IMG/VR virus record: IMGVR_UViG_3300001687_000020
Source of the DNA: a virus
Taxonomy: Duplodnaviria; Heunggongvirae; Uroviricota; Caudoviricetes
Length of the DNA stretch: 64,000 bases
Reading direction: 5' to 3' (one strand)
How positions within the stretch are numbered: the first letter of the stretch is position 1; every line of letters begins with the position of its first letter. Positions 27,680 to 37,118 of the stretch are shown here, piece by piece. The notes under the pieces were generated by a model. It ran no database searches. It saw only the letters and a list, made by a program, of their open reading frames with translations, and was not told the origin of the DNA. The translations under genes and the position numbers were made by a program.

Positions 27680-28348
27680 ATGATTAGCAAAACAATTACT
27701 GAGAAGGTCTCTGAAAACCTAGGTATAGGAAAGAAGAAGGAAAAGGAGAAGAAGAAGTCCGAAAAGAAGAATGGTAAAAATAGTCAAGAAAAGAAAGTCA
27801 CTTTTTTTGAATCTCTTAACTCCCAGATAACTGCTTTTGATAAATTCATAAGAGATACAGGAAAAACATTAAAGAAGTCTAAAGTCGCTTTTTGGATTTC
27901 TTCGATGGCTATAACTTCATTGATTTTCCTGGTATTTCCAACTGTTTTTACTAAAGTAGTTGGGATTTGCTTATTGATAGGTATAGCTTTAATTCTTACC
28001 ATTCAATTCTTTCAGGATCAACCTTGGTTTGAAAAAGCGCTACTAACTGAGATTTCACTCATAACCTTCCTGGTTGTCTTCTATGTCTATTTTCTTCTAT
28101 TTTGGATAGTACCCATTGGAATTCTTTTAGTTACATTATTAGTAACTTGTTTTACTGCTGTTTTCTTAACTTATAAAGGAATACTTTTATTAGGAAAGGA
28201 GAAACAAAAAACGAAAGAACCAGGAAAAGATGGAAATTTTGAGGCCAGAAGGTCTGAGGATGGTAAGCTTTCAGTAGACCATAAAGCTCCTCAAAGAGAA
28301 CCCACTGGGAAAAAGGTTCCTGATGATTATTGGAATTTACCTGAATAA
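27680..28348 (+). CDS. polytopic membrane protein with K/E-rich N-terminus
   Basis: Four or five TM segments. Lies on the opposite strand between the two polB pieces. Confidence 0.5.
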   Translation: MISKTITEKVSENLGIGKKKEKEKKKSEKKNGKNSQEKKVTFFESLNSQITAFDKFIRDTGKTLKKSKVAFWISSMAITSLIFLVFPTVFTKVVGICLLIGIALILTIQFFQDQPWFEKALLTEISLITFLVVFYVYFLLFWIVPIGILLVTLLVTCFTAVFLTYKGILLLGKEKQKTKEPGKDGNFEARRSEDGKLSVDHKAPQREPTGKKVPDDYWNLPE

Positions 28349-28440
28349 TTTAACTCTCGGTGGGTTACTTGGTTTTAAATAATCAAGTAACTCACCGTTA
28401 TTTGATTTTCTTTAATTTTTTATATAAGGAGATAGGAAAA

Positions 28441-28950
28441 ATGTTTGGAAAAAAAATATTTGCTGTTTTCTGTGTTTTTATTTTAGTTTGTTTGATTTTT
28501 TCTTTTCCTGGGTATTGCCAGGACATTTCATTTCCACAATCTGAAATCCAAAGGTATTATGAAAGGACTATACGAGAGGGATTACTCGAGAAGTTATCTA
28601 AACCTATGGGCCCAAAAGATCCTTCCAAAAATGTGGATGGGATGGCTGTTTCTTATTTCTCCAGCATGGGGAAAGAAATAGTTGGAATTTTGGGTGATCT
28701 TAAAAAGATCGAAATGATCTATAATAACAAAGAACTCGATGATGGGAAGAAAATTAAAGAGACCAAAAAGATATTGGAAAAAATGGACTCTTCAATTTCT
28801 TCTCTGATGTTCGACTATCTTGGAGTAGCCAACTATATAGTCTACACCGGATGGGAAAATCTCAGCGAGGACGAGAAATTCGTGGTCAATCCAGAAAAAT
28901 ACCTTTTTGATATGCTCTTGGACGTTTCAGAAGGGAATAGTCCAAAATGA
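28441..28950 (+). CDS. secreted protein
   Basis: Signal peptide MFGKKIFAVFCVFILVCLIFSFPGYCQ. SD TAAGGAGATAGG. The MFGK start was chosen over 28360. Confidence 0.5.
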   Translation: MFGKKIFAVFCVFILVCLIFSFPGYCQDISFPQSEIQRYYERTIREGLLEKLSKPMGPKDPSKNVDGMAVSYFSSMGKEIVGILGDLKKIEMIYNNKELDDGKKIKETKKILEKMDSSISSLMFDYLGVANYIVYTGWENLSEDEKFVVNPEKYLFDMLLDVSEGNSPK

Positions 28951-29324
28951 AAAGCTTATCGGGAATAACCATAGGTATTCTCATTCTTGCTATCATTCTC
29001 TCACTTTTTAATATAAGTTTTGCGATAGGTTTATTTACCTTATCCATGGTGATGTTATTCATCAGTTATAAAAGTGAGAGTCTACGATTTGGTATTTTTT
29101 GCTACGGAATATGTATCCTAATTTTTGAGATCTTCTTTACTCTCATTAATTGGATATTGTTTCAGGCAGGGTTAGCTGTTTTTTGCCTTGTAATTTCGAT
29201 CATATTTGGAATTCTAATGGGGTTCATATATTATCTTTTAGGTATGGTTCCCGCTAAGAAATTCCATATTTCAGTTGATCGATATGGCAAAATTATTGGC
29301 GCTATAAAACTCACGAAATACTGA
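28947..29324 (+). CDS. membrane protein (4 TM)
   Basis: Four TM helices. ATGA overlap with the previous gene. Confidence 0.5.
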   Translation: MKSLSGITIGILILAIILSLFNISFAIGLFTLSMVMLFISYKSESLRFGIFCYGICILIFEIFFTLINWILFQAGLAVFCLVISIIFGILMGFIYYLLGMVPAKKFHISVDRYGKIIGAIKLTKY

Positions 29325-29328
29325 ATAT

Positions 29329-29390
29329 TAGTGGTGGGGGTCTCCTAGTCGATATCTTTGGAAGGACGCGGCTAGGAGACCCTTTCCACA
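29329..29390. terminator. strong hairpin terminator
   Basis: GGGGGTCTCCTAGTCG ... CGGCTAGGAGACCC long inverted repeat between convergent transcription units. Confidence 0.6.
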
Positions 29391-29445
29391 TTCGGTGAAA
29401 GGAGCATACCCAATTATTTGTTCATATTCGAGACTATTTTTTTGC

Positions 29446-31773
29446 TCAATTTTTAGAAAAATTACTCATATAATTTTCTGCTTCTAAAATACAAGTTTTA
29501 GTAATCTCTTGACCTGATAAAGTAACTGATGAGGCTAAATCGGGGCAAAAGAATCTAAAATGTGAGTTTGCTAAAACTCCATAAAAAGAGTTTGCTAAAA
29601 TTTTATAAGCCCATTGCTTCATATCATATTCTGTTTCTATCGTTTTATTTTCAGCTTTAAACATTTTCTTTTTATAAATATCTCGCGTTTCCATAAGTTC
29701 TTTTAAAATATCTGAGAAAAAAGAACTCTCCTCTTCATGACTTTTATAAAAGCAACCATTTATAGTGACTACTAATTTTTCATTTTTAAATTTAGCAATT
29801 AAATCTTCCTTTTTCATAATAACTAATTCATTCTTTTCTAATGGATCTAATATCACTTCTACCTTATCAGGAAAACTATCTATATTATAAATAAAATCAT
29901 AACCATTAGTAAAATCTTTAAACTTCATAACGAAAGTGTTAAAACCTATATTATAAGTAATAATTAAACTTGGATACAGACTTTTAAAATCAAAATCCAC
30001 TATCCAATCATGTATACCTAAATTAGGTTCTTTTACATATCCTCCAGGTATACTACTATTATCACCACTAGAAACAAAATTCCTCGGAGACATACCTTTC
30101 TTTTTAAGATAGCATAAAACATAATTATCAATCTGACCAATAGTTGAAAAACTTGATCTAAAAGTTGTGCTACATAAAAGCCTTAATTCATTAAGTAATG
30201 AAATATAGTGTCTTTTTCTTTCTAATTCATCTAACAACTCAACGTCCGTTCTATTATACTCAACAAATTTATCAATATCATTTCTATATAAATCAGTTAT
30301 AGTTCCATCATACCTGACTTTAGTATGTTCTAATTCCTCTTGAGCAATAAAGTCCAAGGTATAACTTTCTTTTCTTGATTGAGAAAATGTCTTATATAAA
30401 TTACACATGTCTATACATATTTTTCCTGCTATATGTAAATAATTTCTAGAAGTATCAAACTCCAATTCTCCATATTTAGATAAAATCTTATTTGATATTC
30501 CTAACTTTGGGCATCTATTATAGATATATAACAAGTCAAATCCTAGATTCCACCCAGCAATAATATCAGGGTCAATATTAACTAAATCATTAACCAATTT
30601 GGAAACCAACTCTTTTTCTGTTTTAACAAATATTCTATCTTCAGAAATAGTTGGTTTATTTTTAACCAAACTTGATGCTATACTATAACTTATAGTCTTT
30701 CCATGGTATCTATATGATATTGAATTTATAGGTCTTTTTGCCTCTTCTGGTCTTGGAAACTCCATAGTTTCACCCAAGTCAACTTCAATATCAACAAAGA
30801 ATATATTCAAATTTTTAGTTGGAGCTTCTTCTTTATTTAATAAATAATAATCGACGGCATACTTATTATCTATTCTTATATCGCCCTCATAATGGTTATT
30901 AGCATTTAAAGAATACTTATTTTTATATTCTAATCTCATAGTTTTAAGATTATCATAATTTTCAACTAGTTTAGATGATCTGTTTGAAGATTCATAGCAA
31001 TAGTACTGAGCATTTTCTTCGTGGTATACTTTTTTATTATCTTTATCTCTAAAAATAAATATTATTTTAGAATTATTCTTTATCGATTGAATATCAACTA
31101 ATCTATACTCGTTGGTATAAAATTTATCAGGAATAGTTATAAAAACTGGGGCCTTTTCTTTTGATTCTTTAATTCCCGAAGTTATTTCCATTTTCTTCTC
31201 AGCATTTCCTGTTACATATTTATATGCTTCAAATAAGTCTTTAGTAAAATTCTCTTTCATCTCAGGATTAGGTCTTCTGGCTAAATATGATGGATGAATA
31301 GTTACTAAAATCTTATAGTTTTCCCATTCAAAATAGTTTCCTCTGATCTTAGTTATACCACCACTTATACCAAAAGCACTACATGCACTAGCCCCCATTA
31401 AAACAATAAGTTTTGGATTACATTTTCGTATGATATCGAAACAATTTAATTTACATCTTTCTATAACTTCTTTACTTGGATTTCCTGTAGTTCCATCAGG
31501 ATTAATAGTTTGACAAAGAACCACATTAGTCAATAAATATTTAACTTTATTCTTGAAAAAATAAAAGTTAAAACCTGATTTCCTAAATACCTGTCCAGAT
31601 TTTCCTATTAGAGGGACTTCCTTATCTACTTCATCTTTACCAGGATTTTCAGCAATAAAGATCACTTCTACATCATCTAAATATTTACAATTAGTTTCTA
31701 GTATACAACTTGGGCAACTTTCTAATGGGCACCCTTCGCAATCAGTTAATGTCGATGAAATTATTTTAAACAT
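29446..31773 (-). CDS. family-B DNA polymerase, N-terminal piece (UDG4-like domain + 3'-5' exo + motifs A/B)
   Basis: N-terminal FIAENPGKDEVDKEVPLIGKSGQVF resembles family-4 UDG (GEAPG...PFvG.aG). FFVDIEVD is Exo I. DFDFKSLYPSLII is motif A. KILANSFYGVL is motif B. The ORF ends before motif C. Confidence 0.85.
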   Translation of the reverse strand: MFKIISSTLTDCEGCPLESCPSCILETNCKYLDDVEVIFIAENPGKDEVDKEVPLIGKSGQVFRKSGFNFYFFKNKVKYLLTNVVLCQTINPDGTTGNPSKEVIERCKLNCFDIIRKCNPKLIVLMGASACSAFGISGGITKIRGNYFEWENYKILVTIHPSYLARRPNPEMKENFTKDLFEAYKYVTGNAEKKMEITSGIKESKEKAPVFITIPDKFYTNEYRLVDIQSIKNNSKIIFIFRDKDNKKVYHEENAQYYCYESSNRSSKLVENYDNLKTMRLEYKNKYSLNANNHYEGDIRIDNKYAVDYYLLNKEEAPTKNLNIFFVDIEVDLGETMEFPRPEEAKRPINSISYRYHGKTISYSIASSLVKNKPTISEDRIFVKTEKELVSKLVNDLVNIDPDIIAGWNLGFDLLYIYNRCPKLGISNKILSKYGELEFDTSRNYLHIAGKICIDMCNLYKTFSQSRKESYTLDFIAQEELEHTKVRYDGTITDLYRNDIDKFVEYNRTDVELLDELERKRHYISLLNELRLLCSTTFRSSFSTIGQIDNYVLCYLKKKGMSPRNFVSSGDNSSIPGGYVKEPNLGIHDWIVDFDFKSLYPSLIITYNIGFNTFVMKFKDFTNGYDFIYNIDSFPDKVEVILDPLEKNELVIMKKEDLIAKFKNEKLVVTINGCFYKSHEEESSFFSDILKELMETRDIYKKKMFKAENKTIETEYDMKQWAYKILANSFYGVLANSHFRFFCPDLASSVTLSGQEITKTCILEAENYMSNFSKN

Positions 31774-31977
31774 ATTCTCTCCTATTTTTATAATTTTAAA
31801 TTTATATTATGTTCTAACTCTTTAAGAAACATCTATTTGGATAAAACCAATTAGAATATATATATTAATTACTGGTATTTAAGAAAGTGGTTGTTGCTTA
31901 GAAAATTATATTTTTTAAATGTATCTTTTTTCTCTCTCAATAGAAGGATACATTTACATTGTAGGAGGTGTATTGTC

Positions 31978-32355
31978 ATGCAAAGACCACAAAGAGATTG
32001 TTTTTTGTGTCACCAAAGACTGGAACGGAGAGTAGACTATGAGTTAAGGAAAAGGATATTCGAAACTTTATTTCACCGATGCCCCGCTTGTGGCAATGAA
32101 ATTCCTCAAAAGGATTGGGACATCCCTAGATGGAGGTTTAAAGTTTACATATATATACTTAACCAATTTATAAAGGCAGGAGATTACTTTTTGGGTTTTA
32201 ATAAATTCAGGATTAACGATTCAAGAGGTAGTAATTATAAGTCTCAAACTCATAAAGAAGCATTTCATAATAATAGCAAATTCAACCACAATACCGAGCC
32301 AGTAGGTAGTTATCAAAAATCTAACAGTTCTAAAAGAACTAGAAATATGTCATAG
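31978..32355 (+). CDS. zinc-finger protein
   Basis: CFLCHQ...CPACGN Cys pairs. SD GTAGGAGGTG. A start at 31978 was chosen over 31891. Confidence 0.45.
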   Translation: MQRPQRDCFLCHQRLERRVDYELRKRIFETLFHRCPACGNEIPQKDWDIPRWRFKVYIYILNQFIKAGDYFLGFNKFRINDSRGSNYKSQTHKEAFHNNSKFNHNTEPVGSYQKSNSSKRTRNMS

Positions 32356-32387
32356 AAAGGGGGTAAAACATAAGAAAAAAGTTAGGT

Positions 32388-32420
32388 GGGGTTTGGAGAA
32401 AAGAAATCTCTCCAAACCCT
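32388..32420 (+). terminator. hairpin terminator
   Basis: GGGTTTGGAGA ... TCTCCAAACCC, an 11-bp stem. Confidence 0.5.
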
Positions 32421-32475
32421 TTTTCACCAAGTAACAATTTATTCTTTTTTCAAAAAAGGGAAGGAGTATAGGTTA

Positions 32476-33273
32476 ATGAGGTTAGAGTTTTTAATCATTG
32501 ATTTCCAAAATGATTTTTGTCTTCCTGATGGTGCTCTTCCAGTTCCTGGAGCAATGGATGATGCTGATCGTTTAGCTGAAACTATATTAAGGTTAAAAGA
32601 CAAAATTTCTATGATTCATGCAACTTTGGATACTCATCATTTTGTTGACATTTCCCACCCTATTTGGTACATTGACGCAGAAGGGAATCATCCCGAGCCT
32701 ATTACTACAGTAATGACGGCAAAGGCTTTAAAAAGCGGAATATGGACCACTACAAATCCCCTTTCTTTACAAAGAACTATTGAATATGAGGAAAAACTGG
32801 AGAAAAATGGACGATATCCTCATGTTATTTGGCCACCACATTGTCTCATCGGAGAGAGTGGGATGAATGTGGTTGAACCAGTCAGAAGAGCATTTCGTGT
32901 TTGGGAAATTACGAAATGTAGAAGTATAAACTATGTAACCAAAGGCAGTAATCCTTGGACTGAACATTACTCAGGAGTAATAGCAGATGTCCCGGATGAT
33001 GAGGATGAAACCACTCAATTAAATACCCCCCTAATTGAAACTTTAGCCAGAGCCGACATAATTGGTTTTTCTGGACAAGCATTAAACTTTTGTGTAGCAA
33101 ACACGGGGAAAGACGTAGCTGATAAAATCGGGGAAGACAATATTAAGAAAATAACTCTTCTTGAGGATACTTGCTCAAATGTCCCCGGTTATGAAAATCT
33201 AGCAACTGAATTTCTGAAGTATATGAAAGACAAAGGTATGAAAACTTGTAAAAGTTACGAATTTTTGGCCTAA
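32476..33273 (+). CDS. pncA: nicotinamidase/pyrazinamidase (isochorismatase family)
   Basis: LIIDFQNDFCLPDGAL matches the PncA/isochorismatase motif (lvvDvQnDFcpgGal). The ATG at 32476 has SD AAGGAG. The longer ORF from 32386 would overlap the terminator hairpin. Confidence 0.8.
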   Translation: MRLEFLIIDFQNDFCLPDGALPVPGAMDDADRLAETILRLKDKISMIHATLDTHHFVDISHPIWYIDAEGNHPEPITTVMTAKALKSGIWTTTNPLSLQRTIEYEEKLEKNGRYPHVIWPPHCLIGESGMNVVEPVRRAFRVWEITKCRSINYVTKGSNPWTEHYSGVIADVPDDEDETTQLNTPLIETLARADIIGFSGQALNFCVANTGKDVADKIGEDNIKKITLLEDTCSNVPGYENLATEFLKYMKDKGMKTCKSYEFLA

Positions 33274-33303
33274 ACTCGAGAACGGTTAAGGAGAGAAAAA
33301 ATT

Positions 33304-34053
33304 ATGGATCAAGACCCAAAAATGAAAGAATATGAAATTCCAGGAACTGGTTCTTTCAAATTCTCTGCTATAAGTCCAGATGAATGTGATGAAACCGAAT
33401 ACACGTTGGCTGTGGCGGTTTTTGACATCACTGGAAGTGTATCGGGGTATGAGGATGAAATCAGGGAATGTATGGAAAAGATTCTTGAGGGATGCAAAAT
33501 GTCTCCAAGAAGAGATTTTATTAAATTAAGAGTAATTGTTTTCAATTCCTACGTTGACGTCCAGGAAATCCATGGGTTTATGGATGTTATGAAAATTGAT
33601 CCTTCTATTTATAAAAATCCCCATTGTACTGGAGGTACTCCTCTTTTTGATGCTTGCTACTCTGGTATAGGATCAGTTTTGACTTATGGGGATCTCCTTA
33701 AGAATCAAGATTTTGACGTCAATGGAGCAGTTTACATAATCACAGATGGTGATGATAATGATTCAACCGTAACTCCAAATGATGTAAAAAGTCAAATGGT
33801 GGAAGCGTTGAAGGGAGAAAAAATTGAATCTATTCTTTCCGTTCTTATTGGCCTTAACACTAAGCAATGTGGGACTTTTCTTAAAACTTTTAAAGATGAG
33901 GCAGAACTCACACATTATATTGATGGCGGCGATCTCACCCCGGAAATTTTAGCAAAATTGTCAGGTTTTATCTCAAGTAGTATCAGTTCTCAAAGTCAAA
34001 AAGTGGGAACTGGAGCTTCAGCAAAAGTGAAACCAGAGGATTTGAATATCTAA
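33304..34053 (+). CDS. von Willebrand factor A domain protein (TerY-like)
   Basis: MIDAS elements AVFDITGSVSG (DxSxS), GGTPL and ITDGDDNDS. Confidence 0.8.
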   Translation: MDQDPKMKEYEIPGTGSFKFSAISPDECDETEYTLAVAVFDITGSVSGYEDEIRECMEKILEGCKMSPRRDFIKLRVIVFNSYVDVQEIHGFMDVMKIDPSIYKNPHCTGGTPLFDACYSGIGSVLTYGDLLKNQDFDVNGAVYIITDGDDNDSTVTPNDVKSQMVEALKGEKIESILSVLIGLNTKQCGTFLKTFKDEAELTHYIDGGDLTPEILAKLSGFISSSISSQSQKVGTGASAKVKPEDLNI

Positions 34054-34117
34054 TTTTGCTATCTCATTAAATTTCTTCTGTATATTCTGGCCGAAATACT
34101 TAGGAATGTCTTGGGAT

Positions 34118-34168
34118 AGCTATAGGGGGGAGATTCTTTTAACCTTTCGATTGGGGATAAATTTTCTC
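34118..34168 (+). promoter_or_regulatory. hairpin between vWA and phosphatase genes
   Basis: GGGGGGAGA ... TCTCCCCCC, a 9-bp stem with a loop of about 30 nt. Confidence 0.35.
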
Positions 34169-34223
34169 CCCCCAATTTTCTACTTTTTTATTTAATCTTT
34201 ACTTGGGGGAGGCATAATAAGTT

Positions 34224-35060
34224 ATGATGGGGATACACGCTGATTCCTTTTTTGCTAAATCTAAAAATCATATTGCATGCGGGGATTATGCTATTAGTAT
34301 AAATAATCCATTTCCAATGGCTATAGTCTGCGATGGATGTTCGTCATCTAGTTATTCAGACATAGGATCTAGAATTTTAGCACATTCAGCTAAGAAATGT
34401 ATGTTAAGTCATTATGAATCTGGCGATCTAATGTTTAATATCAGCCACGATACGTTAGGTAAATCAATTATAATCAACTCTTGTAATTCATGTTACTTTT
34501 TAGGACTTACTTGTCAAGCTTTGGACTCAACTCTTCTTCTCGCTTACCACACATATAATGAGATAAGAGTTTTAACTTTTGGGGATGGAATAGTAGTTCT
34601 CAGAAATAAAAATGGGACTTTACACTTTTTTGAAATAAGTTATAAAAACAATATGCCTTACTATTTATCTTATGATTATGATAAAACTAGAAGGCAAGAA
34701 TACTTTAGACAGAGTGAAGGAGGGAAAAATGAGAAAATATGTAAAGCCGTAACTTGTATAAATGGAGATTTCTATAGTGCTTCCCATCCTGTTCGTGAAG
34801 GATTAACATTCAGATTTCCTGTTGAAGAGTTTCTATTCGTAGGCGTTTGTTCTGATGGTATGAGTCAATTTAAGAATCTTTTAAATAATGAATTCTTAGA
34901 AACTTCAGATATATTATTTCCTTTTACTGATTTTAAGAATGTTCGTGGATCTTTTATCCAACGAAGAGTAAAGAGAGAACTAAGTGATCTTGCTCAAAAA
35001 AAGATAGTTAATATTGACGATATAGCTATTTCAGGAATTTGGATTCCAGAGGAGTACTGA
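34224..35060 (+). CDS. PP2C-family Ser/Thr phosphatase-like protein
   Basis: AIVCDGCSSSS...GSRI, FVGVCSDGMSQF and the C-terminal NIDDIAISGIWI resemble PP2C motifs (vaDGmGG, lcSDGl, DDiTvv). Confidence 0.6.
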   Translation: MMGIHADSFFAKSKNHIACGDYAISINNPFPMAIVCDGCSSSSYSDIGSRILAHSAKKCMLSHYESGDLMFNISHDTLGKSIIINSCNSCYFLGLTCQALDSTLLLAYHTYNEIRVLTFGDGIVVLRNKNGTLHFFEISYKNNMPYYLSYDYDKTRRQEYFRQSEGGKNEKICKAVTCINGDFYSASHPVREGLTFRFPVEEFLFVGVCSDGMSQFKNLLNNEFLETSDILFPFTDFKNVRGSFIQRRVKRELSDLAQKKIVNIDDIAISGIWIPEEY

Positions 35061-36772
35061 TGAAAATATTTATACCTGGACAAGGATCAATTCAACTAAG
35101 CGACTCAGATTTTATATATAAAGGAGGAGAAGCAAAAGTTTATGGAAAAGGGGACCTAGCATATAAAATTTATTGGAAGAAAGATGAAGTAATATCTCTT
35201 TCTAAAATAAAAGAATTACAAGTTTTAGATCGAGATAACATAATTAAGCCATTATCAATAATTTTAGATCATAAGAATATTCCTATTGGGTTCTCGATGC
35301 TATTAATAGAAGATAATTTCCCGTTCCCTGTGATTTTCTCAAATGCTTTTAGAAGAGAGAATAATATTGCTCCAGAAAAGATTTTGGAGTTAGTTGAAAA
35401 TATTATGGGAAGTACTGATTTTATTCATAGTAAAGATTGTTTGGTAATTGATGGAAATGAAACAAATTATCTTTTAAGTAGGGATTTAAAGTTAGTTTAT
35501 TTCATTGATGTTAATAATTATCAAACTAAATCTTTTCCTGGTGTTTATTGTGATCCTTCTATAAGAGATTGGAATACTAAAGGATTTAATAAACTCACAG
35601 ATTGGTACTCATTTGCTATTATCGCATGTAAAATATTTGTAGGTGTTCATCCATTTAGGGGAAATCACCCAGACTTCCCAAAAACCGATATAGTTGCTAG
35701 AATGAAAGCAAATGTTTCTATTTTCAATAAGAAATCAACCATTTCTAATAAGGCCAGAGATTTTAGTAATATTCCCAGTGAGTATTTTAATTGGTTTATT
35801 AAACTTTTTGAAGATGGAAAAAGGTTGCCTCCACCTAAAGTTGCTGGACTTCTCAACGTATCCCCCATAAAAACAAAGATAGTGAGAGATTCTAAATGTT
35901 TTGATATCTCGCTATTTCGAAAGTTTCAGGACGACATCATGAAAGTTAGATATGAGAATGGAGAGTTAATTACAAAAACTAAGAAGAGTATGTATATTGG
36001 GAAAATTCCATATCCTCTTTCTGATATTAGTAAAGAACTAATTATATCCCCAAGAAGTTTAACCCCAGTTTTAGTAGGTATCGTTAACCAATTAATTTCT
36101 ATTACTTTACTTAGACCGGCAGATTTAAAAAAGTTAAATTCATGTATTCACTTAATGGCCAGTGATTTCTTTGTTTCTAAAAATTCTATATTCTTGAAAC
36201 ATCAAGGTAAGTTAGTAGAAATATCTATCGATGAACTTGCTGGTGTTATTATTCCTTGTGTAAAATCTAGTTGGAATATAATGTCCATGTCGAGTTATAT
36301 GTTTGATTCTATTGTAGTTCAAGATGTTTTAGGTGATATTTATTTGACCATTCCTATAGTTAATATAGGAAAACGATCATCTTATACTCAGATACGAATC
36401 CCCGAATTAGATAGTTATCGAATAGTAGCAGCAAAGTATGATAACTATGTTTGTATGCTAACAGGAAATAGAGGAAGTGTTTATAGCAAAATACTTATTC
36501 TATTTGATAAAGATTTCACTGATTACCAATGTATTATTAAGAATAGTGGAGATTATAGTAATATTAACTTTACGAGTTTGGATTGCGGAATATGTGCATC
36601 TATCAATGATGATGGTTCCATGGAAATATTTGAGAATAAACCAGGAACTAATTTTAAAAAGATAGAAGATCCAGACATTAAACCAAGCATGACTTTATGT
36701 AAATATGGAAGTAAAGTACTATTTTATGAAACAGATACTTTATTTTCCATATCGTCTAAGAAAGGGATCTAA
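35060..36772 (+). CDS. protein kinase-like protein with long C-terminal extension
   Basis: YKGGEAKVYGKGDLAYKIYWKK is a glycine loop plus Lys. IHSKDCLVIDGNETNYLL is the catalytic-loop HxD...N. FIDVNN is DFG-like. TDWYSFAIIACKIFVGVHPF matches DxWSxG. ATG overlaps the PP2C stop (TGATG). Confidence 0.6.
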   Translation: MKIFIPGQGSIQLSDSDFIYKGGEAKVYGKGDLAYKIYWKKDEVISLSKIKELQVLDRDNIIKPLSIILDHKNIPIGFSMLLIEDNFPFPVIFSNAFRRENNIAPEKILELVENIMGSTDFIHSKDCLVIDGNETNYLLSRDLKLVYFIDVNNYQTKSFPGVYCDPSIRDWNTKGFNKLTDWYSFAIIACKIFVGVHPFRGNHPDFPKTDIVARMKANVSIFNKKSTISNKARDFSNIPSEYFNWFIKLFEDGKRLPPPKVAGLLNVSPIKTKIVRDSKCFDISLFRKFQDDIMKVRYENGELITKTKKSMYIGKIPYPLSDISKELIISPRSLTPVLVGIVNQLISITLLRPADLKKLNSCIHLMASDFFVSKNSIFLKHQGKLVEISIDELAGVIIPCVKSSWNIMSMSSYMFDSIVVQDVLGDIYLTIPIVNIGKRSSYTQIRIPELDSYRIVAAKYDNYVCMLTGNRGSVYSKILILFDKDFTDYQCIIKNSGDYSNINFTSLDCGICASINDDGSMEIFENKPGTNFKKIEDPDIKPSMTLCKYGSKVLFYETDTLFSISSKKGI

Positions 36773-36773
36773 T

Positions 36774-37118
36774 ATGACGGAAGATATTTTACAGTCTGCC
36801 AAGAAAGCATTAGGTAGTTGTTTACTCTCTAAAGAAAAAGATATCATCTTGAGTATTAGAGACCAAAATGGTTTTTGTATTGATAGGTTCAGAAAGAATT
36901 CTTTAAAATCGAGAAAGCTCCGAAATGCGTTAGTATGTAATAGATTGCATCAAAGTAAATGTGTAATACTATTAATGTTTGACAGCGGATTGTACGAAGT
37001 GATGATTGGAGGTGATGAAGAATACAAGCCCTTCTATAAAGGATATGAATATGTCGAAGCATCTGAGCTTTTTCTAGATCTTTGTGATATTTTAAGGGGG
37101 AAAGATGAAAAAATTTGA
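36774..37118 (+). CDS. hypothetical protein
   Basis: ORF starting MTEDIL directly after the kinase gene. Confidence 0.4.
   Translation: MTEDILQSAKKALGSCLLSKEKDIILSIRDQNGFCIDRFRKNSLKSRKLRNALVCNRLHQSKCVILLMFDSGLYEVMIGGDEEYKPFYKGYEYVEASELFLDLCDILRGKDEKI

Noticed and set aside
27513-29445. Intein or group-I intron interrupting polB
   Set aside because: The two polB pieces are separate ORFs with their own starts. The intervening 1.9 kb contains three SD-preceded genes on the opposite strand and no in-frame connection, so it is not an intein. No intron-like structure or homing endonuclease motifs (LAGLIDADG, GIY-YIG, HNH) were seen.
32386-32475. Longer N-terminal extension of the nicotinamidase (start at 32386)
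   Set aside because: The extension would overlap the GGGTTTGGAGA...TCTCCAAACCC terminator hairpin and lacks an SD. The internal ATG at 32476 has AAGGAG at ideal spacing.
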